This document shows, piece by piece, positions 48,215 to 64,000 of a stretch of 64,000 bases of DNA. Numbering within the stretch: position 1 is the stretch's first letter; every line of letters begins with the position of its first letter. The notes below the pieces were generated by a model that was not told the DNA's origin, did not search any database, and was given only the letters and a program-made list of their open reading frames with translations. The DNA is from Cyanophora paradoxa CCMP329 (lineage: Eukaryota; Plantae; Glaucophyta). The position numbers and the translations under genes were made by a program. The DNA is taken from contig QPMI01000188.1 of NCBI GenBank assembly GCA_004431415.1, positions 62,001 to 126,000 of the forward strand, read 5' to 3'.

Positions 48215-49870
48215 TCCGAGCGAGCGAGGCCCGGCGGCTTTACTCGCCTTTTCGCCGGCGTTTTTCTCCTTCTTCTTCTTTCGGCCCTCCTTTAACATAG
48301 CACCCACCGCCTGTACACTCGCTCACTCTTTCTTTCGCCTGTTCAGCCGTTTCATCAGACGGATCGTTGTTATTATTATTATTGTCTTTGCGCCGGCGTG
48401 CGTTGCGTTAGCGCCCTGTACACGTTATGCCTGATGTCGCCTTCAGTCCCTGTACTGACCTTGGTGACGAACTTTGGCGGATTTGATCCTTTCTTTTGGT
48501 CGTAGTGTCGAGCCCCCGCGATGCGTCGCCGCCTTGGCGTCGCGGCAGCATCCTGTAATTTTACTATTTATGTGTGCCAGTCCTTTCTTTTAGATCTGAG
48601 CCCCGGGCCCCCACAAGAAGAGGCGTCGGTCAATGTCCATCCTGTACAGTGTACTCCTCGTCGTTTCAAAGACCCCCTTAAGCTCGTCACGGATGGAGTT
48701 GTAATTAGAGAGCTCGGCCGCATGTAGATCTTTCGAACCCAGTCACTCATCATGAGTGACCTGAGCTCCCCCTGAGGCCTGTACTTTCTACTGTAGAACC
48801 GTTTTACCGATGTTATGCGCTAGACACCCCGTCTAGGATGTATTCTGATGTACATAGCTGCAAATGCCCCCCACCTTGTAATTTAGTAATGTAACTTAGT
48901 AATGCATAGATCTAGATTCTAACCTGGACATGACATGAGGCCCCGCGGCATCTAACCTTGAAGGCCTTGAGGCCCTGAGGCTTCAAGGCATGAAGACTCC
49001 CCGGCCCGGGTCCGAGCTCGAGCCAGCCGCCGCGGGCCGCCCGGGCGCCCCGCCGCGGCGGGCCGCCGGCGCCTGGCCCCCGGGCCCCACCCGAATTCGA
49101 AACTTTGAAGAAATTTGAAACTTCAACTTTGGCAAGGCTTGTCCTCATGATCATGACTCAGTGAAACTCAGCGGCTCGGAGGGCTCGCGGGCAGGGCCTT
49201 CATGATCATGGTCATGATCATCATCAGGCCTAGAAAATTAAAATCGATCCGATCCGGATCCACTGGGCCACTGGGCCGGGCCAGATCCCGAGTCCTGCGA
49301 CCGAGCCCTAGGCCTTGAATAGGAAGGCCCGGCCCCCGCGGCCGGCGCCCCGCCCGCCCCCCCCGCCCAGCCCCCCCCCCCCCCGGGACCCCCCTGGGCC
49401 TTCCCCCCCCCCCCCCCCCCCGGGGGGGTCCCCTGAAGCAGCCTCCGAGGCTCGGCGGCCTGCGCCACTGCGCGGGAACACGTGGGCCCCTCGCCCTGCA
49501 CTGGCTCTAGATCTGTAGTGGGCTCACAGTGATGGAGCTCTTCTAGATCCGCTCACTTGAAAGCTATCCAATCTACGTTCAGAATTGGACAGAATCACAA
49601 AACGACCGCGAGAAAAATCAGCGCTACTGAAACAACCAACGCTATTAGTACTGAAAAAACGCCCTTCTGCAAAAATGTTGCCGGCCTGGCAGACTGCAGC
49701 TGTACACGAGAGTTCGAGTGGGGTCTGTGGCTGTGCAAATCTAAGCAAAAGAGAGGAAACTGCAACTGTACAGAGAGATCAATAGGACTTGGTTCCTGCC
49801 CTCTCAAAGGGCCTTTGAAACTGGACTGAACGCGCTCTTGGCCGGCCCGCCAGCAGGCGGCCCGGCCCGC

Positions 49871-51194
49871 CTACAGGTCGAAGCAGCCGTCCGAGCCCGA
49901 GCTGTAGTCCCGCGTCCTGCGGTGCTTCGCCCCGGAGTAGCTGCGCGCGTCGGCCAGGGGCAAAGGCGTCAGCGGAGCGCGGGGTGGCGGAGCGGAGCGG
50001 AGCAGAGCGAAGCGTAAGCGCGGCGCTCGCGCACCGGCGGTCGATCGCGCGGCGCGTCTTGTACTTCTTGGCGCGGCTCTTGAGCGCCTCGAAGCGCTTG
50101 CCGTCGATCAGCGCCTTGAGCCGCTCGCGGCCGGCCTCGCCGCCGGGGATCTGCGGCGCCGCTTTGAGCAGCTGCAGCGCACCTCGGGCTCGGATCTGAG
50201 CGGCCCGAGGCGGCGTACCTGCGAGCCCTCCTCGGCGCTGTGGTCGTCGTCTTTCACGAGATCGGGCATGAAGCAGTGGTCGGAAGCGTCGCGCATGTAG
50301 CGCAGCAGCAGCTCGTCCGAGACGCGACCGCCTGCAGCTCATTAGCTTCAACTAGGAAGGATTCGAGCAGGACGCGGGCGGGCGCTCCCGCACCAGCGCC
50401 GGCGGCAGAGCGGAGCAGGGCGCGCCAGGCCCAGGCCACGGCGCTGTCCGGCTCATAGAACTCCATGCTGAAGCTCGCCTCGCCCTCTTTCCAGTTCAGC
50501 TTGAAGCCGGAATCTGCGAGTGGAGAAACAGCGTTACATCATCGCTTGCCGCTGGTATCATTAGATCAGAACCGCACTGGAGTAGTCCTCGGACAGGTCG
50601 CCCCGGAAATCGATGGCCCGCATCTCATCTGCCGCGTCCGCGAGGATGAAGAGCGCCTCGTTCCCGCGCTCGTATGCGCCGGCGGGCACATCGGAGGCGC
50701 GGGAGAGCTCGAGAACCTGCGCGGACGCGGGCACCGCAGTCAAGCACAGCGCTAGCGGCGGCTTCGGCAGTACAGGTACAGCGGCGGCACGGCCTCGAGC
50801 GGCAGGCGAGCGACGCACCGCTTCCAGCACGGGCTTGAACATGCGGAAGAACTCCATGACCTCCGCGCTCTGTTCCTCGTATCCTGACGAAGCGTGAGAC
50901 CGAAAGCGGACACGACGTCGACCGAATTTTTTGGGACGGACCGTCATGCCAATCGGCATCCACAAGTTGCCAAACCATCTTGACATGACCCTTCATTTCT
51001 TTCTTCAGCTCCTTCGAATCGGAGAGCTTCGCCCATGCTCCGTCCGAGACGCCGCGGACGCTCTTCGGCGCCCTGGGCTTCGCGGGCGCGCGCGGCCGCT
51101 TCTTGCCAGCAACGGGTGTGCATGTGGGAATGTCGCCAGCGGGAGCTGCGATGGCGGCGGCGCTCGTGGCGCTAGTCTGACCGATAGAAGCCAT
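49871..51194 (-). CDS. Hypothetical multi-exon protein
   Basis: ATG 51194; coding-biased exons (GYEEQSAEVMEFF, AVAWAWRALL, KKYKTRRAIDRR|YSGAKHRRTRDY), TAG 49871-49873. Confidence 0.65.
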
Positions 51195-51263
51195 TGCGAT
51201 TTCAAATTAAGGGGGGTGGGGCGGTAGGGGGGTAGAGGCGCAAGCTGGGGGTTCATCAGAAGA

Positions 51264-56860
<5,597 letters not shown>

Positions 56861-58731
56861 TAGACCTCCGGATCCTCTAGATCGTTTCCTCTAGACCTCC
56901 GGAAGGTCTAGGGGCCCCCGCCTCCCCCCCCCCCTCTAGATCGTTTCCTCTCCGTTTCCTCTAATAACGATCCACCCTCGGATCGTTTCCTCTCCGCATC
57001 CTCTAGATCTTCACGATCACCGATCGATCGGCCAGTGACACCGCACGCTTCGGCCGCGCAGCCGCTCCCCTCGATCCTCAACTTTAGCCGGCGCGCCATG
57101 GAAACCCCGGGGCCCGCCACCGCGGCCGCCCCCGGGCCCCTTCCCGCCCACCCGCCCCGCACAACCTGACCTCTCCGAAGCTACCCACAAACAACCTGAT
57201 AAATATGTGAACATTCTCAGTATGAACAGTATCCAATTTGCAGGCCATTTTCCAGCAGATGTGAACTTCCGAAGCTCGAGCTAAGTACACTTATATATAA
57301 TTAACTCCGGATCCGGAGCGAGGTTTTAAATTAGAGCTAGCGCTAGCTATAGCAAGTTTTAAATTTCTGACCGGCCCGGCGGCCGGGGCCCCGGGGCGCG
57401 CGCGCGAGTTGCACGTACGCGTGCACGCTTGACACTTGCAATTGCAAGCTTAAGCTTAAGCAGGCCATGGCCGTGCACAAGCAGGGGGGCTCCGCCCCCC
57501 CGGCCCGCACCCCCCCAGTGTTATTTAGGGATGGTTCAATCCCCAAGAATCAATGTATGTGAACTTCGGAACACCGAATTCGAAGAACACTGCAGCTGAT
57601 GTCAATCATTTTTGAATCAAGTGATCACAGAACAATGTGCGGGATGCATCATGGCATTGCAATTGTATTTTCATCATTCATGTTTTGTCATCCTTATCAA
57701 ACTTCGTGTTTTGGGCTTGAACTTTGGCTGGCAAAGAAAGGGCAATTCTTGGTCAGGAATTTAATATGAATAAGAAGCTGAAGTGCTGATCATGAACAAT
57801 TGCAAGAAGCTTAAGATTTAAAGAAGAAAAGCAAAGAAGAGTATCCGCCGGCGCCTCCGCCTCCGCCGGCGGCCGGCGAGCCGCGCCGCCGTCGATATCC
57901 GCCGCTCCGAGGCTCGTCCGCGCGCCTCGCCCGCGGCCGTCCCAGTCGAGCCGCGCCGGCCACCGCGGCCGCCCGCCGGGGCCGCGCGCGGCCCGCCGGC
58001 AACGGCTAGCGCTCCAGATCTAGAGTCCAGACTCCGAGAGTCGAACTCCGGACACTAGTGAATCAGGGGGTGTGTTCTTATGGGTGGAACAAGCAGCAGA
58101 ACCGGAAATTCTAATGGAACGAGCCCCTCTCTTGTGCATAAGACTCCGGACTCCGGAGTCCGGCGTCCGCGGGGGCCGCCGGGCCGACAGGGCCCCTTCA
58201 AGGCTTTGCGCATGCCGGCCCCCACTGCCGGGCGATCGCGAGCCGCGCCATGTGCATGTTCGTTCAGTTCAGCAAAATTTAAAACTTGCCAGAAAGGCGG
58301 TTCGTTCATGTTCATTCGAACAGAATCGAATTCGAACTATGTTCGTTCAAGATCGAAGCGTCCTCGAAGCGGCGTACTAGCTATAGTGGTAGTAGCACTG
58401 TACCAGTACGTAGTACTACGGTAGTAGCTATAGCCTTCAAAAGCAATGATATCGATACCGGGAACGTCGTAAAACGTTTCGAATTCCTTTTGCAGGTACC
58501 CGGAACGTCGCAAAACGCAATAGCTTCAATCAGGCTTACATTCCAATGATTGATAAGTTCCTCCTCGGAGTATTAATTCCAGTTTACGAGTACCGAGAAC
58601 GTCGCGAAACGCTTCACACCCTCATCCGGGCGCCTACAGGCTACATGTACAGCTAGGCTGAGCTAGCTAGGATCCAGACCGAGGCACCCCGCCGGCGCCG
58701 GCGCCGCCGTGATCGACCTCTCAGGCCCCTA

Positions 58732-58922
58732 CCGTGTAACACTTATTTACTGCGCCACAAATTACTGCGTTCTAAAATTTCTGCGCCGGTAGGCGCTTTA
58801 CTGCGCCACCAAATTACTGCGTTCCATCGGCCTCGGAAAATATTATACTGGGGTAATAGGCCAAGGGGGTATTACTGCGCTACCAAGTAGTTATGTCAGC
58901 GCGGTAATTAAGTATTACACGG
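58732..58922. mobile_element. 191-bp MITE, Tc1/mariner-type (TA TSD)
   Basis: Left TIR ccgtgtaacacttatttactgcgc and right gcgcggtaattaagtattacacgg (3 mismatches); TA at 58730-31 and 58923-24; internal ttactgcg repeats. Confidence 0.8.
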
Positions 58923-59613
58923 TAGGCCGCTCATGATCAGCGGCTCGATCCGAGCCTCGGAGCCGGAGCTCGAGTCGGAGGCTCCGAGGCTCGCGCGCGA
59001 AATATTCGAGTTTTGTTTTTGGACCCAGAAACTACTAGCTGTAATTCATTAATGCGTTTAACGTTTTAAATTTTGGACCCATGCAGCTATATAGACCCCT
59101 ATATTAATATTATGGCTATTAATTATGTATACGTACCGCATTACTGTACGTAAGTGCGCGCTTTGCCAGCGGTTTAAACGTACGTTGCCAGCGGCCGCCG
59201 GGCCGGATCGAGAGGCGATCTCTCAAAAAAACAAAACATCAATTACCGTGTACACACGCGCGCTTAAGCTTTATATAATTAATTACTTACTTGAGATTCG
59301 AAATTGAATTAAAACCTCGCCGAGTCGAGCGGTTAGTCGCGGCTGATAGCGGCGGTTACCTATCTCAGGCAGCACGCAGGCTGTCTGCTCCGAGGCTCGA
59401 GCTCGTTGGAGCCGTGCGGGCTCCTTGCATGCGCACTTTCCATCGATATCATTTCCCCGAAGGTGCTGAGCGCGCGTGCTCGAGCTCGAGCAGCTGCAGA
59501 ATCAGTGCATCAGTGCAGATCGATCGCATTCCCTTCCCCGGAGAGCAGCGCTAGCGGCCTGAGGTAGCAGCAACGTTAACAGACCGCACTCCCTACAACC
59601 TCCTGTGAACGAG

Positions 59614-60181
59614 ATGTCGCTCAACGTCTACCAGTGCTGGACTGCTTCCAACTGCACGGGCAGCTACAAGAGCGTCCAAGCCTATGGCACGATCCTCGAC
59701 GGGGAGGATGAGTGCAAGAAGCTCACCGGTTCGGAGTACGCGAACTCGAGTGCGTCGACGTCATGATCATGATCAGCTGCGAGGAACTGCACGCGCGCGT
59801 ATACGTACGCGTACGGCAACAGGCTGACTCGTGTCGCAGTCCGGCAGGGCTGGAACGGGATGTGCAGGACGATCGACCGCAGCTGGGACGCATACGACGA
59901 CTGGCAGCTCGACTCCGACGCGCAGGTGCGCGCGCGCTTCATGCCGCGCGCGATGCAAGAGAAATCAAAAACGCGCCGCGCGCTCGCGCGTTTCTCGCGC
60001 GCAGATCGTGAGCGCTAACGAAGCGGAGATGGACATGGACGCGGCGGAGCTCGACATCGAGGCGGAGGCCGCGGCTCAGGTGGCTCCCGTCATGATCAAC
60101 TGCAGCGGCCGGGATATTCGATCGGATATTTAATTTGCCCCTCCTGCGCAGATGCTGGAGGCAGAGGTTCTCGACGCCTAG
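59614..60181 (+). CDS. Small 4-exon gene, 108 aa: Cys-containing N-half, acidic C-half
   Basis: Exons 59614-59749, 59840-59925, 60005-60079 and 60152-60181 with canonical GT-AG introns form one frame from ATG to TAG. Confidence 0.72.
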
Positions 60182-62487
60182 TTCCGCTTGATCGATCGCG
60201 GTCGACGTCTTTCGAAAATTCTTCGAAAAACTCTTCGATAGATAGCTATTTATATATATAGCTAATTTGTATTACCTATAGGGCGTCGACGTCGCGATAT
60301 CGATACGTATATATATACGTATACGCGTGCACGTGGGTCTCCAATTTTTTCATCTGAGCAAAGATAAATAGCTCTGATTGGTCGCAAAAGGGGCCGGGGC
60401 CGGTATAATTATAACATTAGAGGGTAATCGGTAATTTATAATCGGGAGGGGGGGGGGGGGGGATCGCCCTGCCTTCGAGTTCCTCGAGCTCCCTCTGAGG
60501 CTCCCTCGCGATCGAGCTCCCGGGAGCCCCTCTTTCCCTCCCTCCGGTCCCTCGCGATCGATCGCTTCGGATTCGATCCCGTAACACTCCGAGGCTAGCC
60601 AGCTCCAGGCCAATTCCAGATCCCCTGCACGATTCGCAACGGCGCCGGGCCTCCGATCGCGATCCTGTAACTCCTTGCAATTGCAGGTCCTCCGCCAGGG
60701 CCTCGCGATCGTCCGCCGGCGCCGGGCCGCCAGCTGCAGCTGCAGGTGCGGTACCGGTGCCACATGTACAGTCGGGCTTGCATGCACGTGGGATCCCGCT
60801 CCCGGAGTCCGGATCCACTGGGCCAGCGCCCCGGGGCCCTGACTTCGCTTCGCGGCGGCCGCGGCGGACGTGGCAAATTAAATACAAAACGACAAGGCGT
60901 AGGGCTTTATGGAGCGACGCTGCTGCCCTATACATGTGCATGCGCCCCCCCCCCCCCCCCCACCCCCCCACCCCACCCCACCCCCCTCCCCCCCACCCCC
61001 CCGCCCCCATCCCATGGCCACTGCGGCCACCCCACCTCACCCCCCAACCTCCCCCGCCAGGCCGCCCGCCCCCCGCTGAGGCGCGCCGCCCGCCATCGTC
61101 CCCGCCGCTCCGGATCCGCAAGATCGCCCCGGATCGCCTCCGGATCGACGCGTACCCCCCGCAGGACACGACCGCGAGGACCGCGCTGCAGCACCCCGAG
61201 CTCTACTAGTACTCCCGCGGCCAAGAGAACACGGCGGTACTCCCCCCCCCCCCCCCCCCCCGGGGGCCGATCGCGATCAAAATCAGGAGCAGTGACCGCC
61301 AGCACCGCGACCGTCGGACGCAAGCTCTCACACTGGGGCGCAACCCGGTGACCCTAGGCCTGGCAAAGCCGGCGGCCTGCATGACAAGCCGGCATGGCAA
61401 TTGTGCATATGGCATGATCATGATCATGAGGGTTGACGTCCAAGCCAAAGCATGTCGGCCGCGGGCCGGCCCGGCGGCCGACTGGCATGCCGGACCCCTA
61501 GCCGGCGGGGTGGCCATGGCCATGGGGGCTGGATTCCGAGCCTCGGAGGTCGCCGGGCCAGTCAAAATCATGATCGATATCACCGTTAACGTTATATTAT
61601 CCGATTGATCTGCCAGCATGTGTGGACGAAGTCTAGATCTGGTTCTCCACGGTCAAAACTCATGCTTTGAGCCTCGAGAATCATTACGGCATCTGATGAT
61701 CACCTAGTCACAGCGCTATAGCTAGCTACAGCACAAGACTAAAGCTAGCTATAGGCCTTCCGAAGTTCGAGTTTAAGTGTCTTTGCATGATCGCGCGCTG
61801 CCAGGCTGCCAATGAGTGCCGAAGTTCTAAGTCACTGCTGGGCGTCGGATTTCTGCACTAGCACTGAAGTTAACTGAGGCCACTATCTCTAATGAAAGCT
61901 CTATAACTAGCCCTAGTGGAACTATCGAATTCGAAGCAGAGCGTCCGTTTACATCTGATCGTGAATGAAAATAAGCTGCCTATGAAGTTGTACAGGGCGC
62001 CACGGACCCAGCCTGACCGCCCTTGGGGGGACGGGCTCAGGGCCGGGGGCGGCTTACAATACTATGGTTAATAAATTGGAAAGAAACTGTAATGTACGGC
62101 GCTGTAGTATACACTCACTGCATAATCAATAAAACGAATTCGAAGCAAAAAAAACACTGCAAGCGAAACACACAAGCATCGAATAAGCTTTGGGTTTTAG
62201 ATTTGATTTATCAAACTCGGAGATGGTCCGGATGGATCCGCAAGGGCCTGGCCATCGTGTGAAAGACTAACAGAAGTGTCGCGGTCCTGCCTAGGAACTG
62301 CGGCCCTTTGCAGGGCCAATGCACGAATCGCAATATCTATAAATAGAACAGGATGCAGTCCAGAGGGGTACTCGAATTCGGGAGCCGAAGGAAGCCCGAA
62401 AGAAGAAAGGAAAGGAGCGGTGCGTATCTAATCATCGGGTCCGGGGCGGTTAGATTTATGTGGGCCCCGGCCTGCCCGCGACCGGCC

Positions 62488-64000
62488 TCAGGCCAGGGGA
62501 TGCCCCCCGGGACCGGGCGCCGGCTCCGGGCTCGATTCGCCACCGGGCGCCGCGGCGGACGCTGGCCCGGGCCCTGGAGACCCGGTACCCCCGCTTGCCC
62601 CGGGACCCCGCAGGCCGGGCCCCGACGGATCCGGAGAGCGGCGCGCCCCTGCCGGGTACCCCCCTGGGTCGAGGTCCCTGCGGTCGCGACCGGCCGGCGC
62701 CGGCGCCGGCGCCGGCGCCGCGCCGCCGTCCATTGCGATCGCGAAGAGATCCGGTGGGACCCCGGCGATCGCGAGGGGCGGCGGGGATGCGGACGGGGCC
62801 GGCGGCGCGGGCGGGCTGGCGCTGCCCCTGCCGGCCGCCGGCGTGGAGGGCGAGGCCCGCGACGAATCGCCGTCGGATGCCGTCCGGGGCGAGCCGCCCG
62901 GCGCCGGCGCCGGCGCCGCGCTTGGGGGGCTCGATGCCCGCCGCTCTTCCATCTTCAGCTGCCTGCGGTACGCGCGCGGTTCCTTTTTGTCAGCACAGAA
63001 AGGAAGATTCGATCAGGGGAATGGTGGCGGCAGGCTGCCGGGCCATGCCAACGCCCCACGCTTCGATGGAAAAGGATTCGGACCTTTTGTTGTAGAACGG
63101 GAAGTCTGGGGGAGAAGCACGCCCAATGACATCAGACGCGGCTGGCCGAGAGATGCAATTATAATCTAGATCTGGGGCAGAGGGCGCGCACCGTCGAGAA
63201 TGGATGTCTTGGGCACGTAGTTGAAGAATATGTGGAGCATGTCCCTGCCTTGCTCGAGTGGTACCTCCTGCTCAATCGCGAGCGAAAGATTGGGTTTCGT
63301 GCGTGTCAGCTCAAGCTTTCGGACGCAGCACGAACAGCGCCCGCGGCTGAGCACCTGTGTGTCGCGCGAGTTCGTCACTGGCTTCCCGTCGTTGTTCGGG
63401 AGGTGTATGTGCCGAAGCTGTGCGCGTGACACAGAAATGAGAGGAAAGAGGGACAGGGCACAGAGTGGAGCGCGGGCGGGGCGGGGCGGGGCGGGGCGGC
63501 GTGGCGCGGTGTGGCCGCCGCCCACCTGCGAGTTGGGCACGTCCTTGATGAAGACCCACTCCAGGCCGAACTGGCCGCTCCACTTGTCCTGCGCCCACAC
63601 CGCCGTCAGATGCATGCGTGCGCGTGTACAAATCTGGAGCCGTGGCTGCAAAAAGGAGCGCCGCACCTGCGCCCAGATCGTGGCCTTCGTGGCGAAGTCA
63701 ACGCCCGACGTCATGCGAGCGCAGCCACAGAACTGGCCACTGCGTTCGCGTGCGTTAGCATCGGCGTTTCGAAAGTTGAAAATGGCGCGGAAGAAGAATT
63801 GGAGTCCCACAGCGCACGACGCATTGACGGAGAAGAAGAGATACACAGGGCCTGCGAGCGCACATGTGAGTCGCCGGCGACAGAAAATGGCCTTCGAGAC
63901 ACATCGTAACAGCAAGCCACTGACCCAGGGACGACGATGCCCGAAACGCGGCGTCGAGCCTTCGGTTGCCCGTGTCGGTGCTCGCCCAAATTCCGTACTG
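62488..64000 (-). CDS. YTH-domain m6A reader (YTHDF/ECT type), 3' part; continues beyond the window
   Basis: GPVYLFFSVNAS|GQFCGCARMTSGVDF..WAQ|DKWSGQF..WVFIKDVPNSQ|LRHIHLPNNDGKPVTNSRDTQ|EVPLEQG..TSILD|DFPFY. Confidence 0.93.

Noticed and set aside
60350-62450. ORFs between the microprotein and YTH genes
   Set aside because: Low-complexity, homopolymer-rich sequence without recognisable domains or consistent exon structure.

Overview
Very GC-rich eukaryotic genomic DNA (alga/protist-like, host not identifiable from sequence alone) with short 45-250 nt spliceosomal introns, many with GC rather than GT donors. Most long entries in the ORF track are off-frame shadows. 1-22.8 kb: an F-box/LRR gene, a ~3.6-kb tandem array (3' half of VPS11 plus a small 3-exon tail-anchored-protein gene), and a ~2.4-kb tandem array. 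22791-35375: a complete tyrosine-recombinase (DIRS-order, PAT/Ngaro-type split-direct-repeat A1..B1-A2-B2) retrotransposon, inserted into that array without a TSD. Its gag region is interrupted by at least five spliceosomal introns. Its B2 terminal repeat is split by a 3.35-kb nested element with a 21-bp target-site duplication, carrying one intron-containing ORF1/Gag-like gene and no RT or transposase. 36-64 kb: host genes (duplicated GT4 glycosyltransferase, SOUL haem-binding protein, SAM-domain protein, hypothetical protein, divergent ARF GTPase fused to a C-terminal domain, 108-aa Cys/acidic microprotein, YTH m6A reader) and a TA-flanked MITE. Non-coding DNA is rich in CTAG/AGCT/AGATCT, suggesting a CC>CT mutational signature. 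Gene models were spliced by eye, and single-base indels in G/C runs may be assembly errors.
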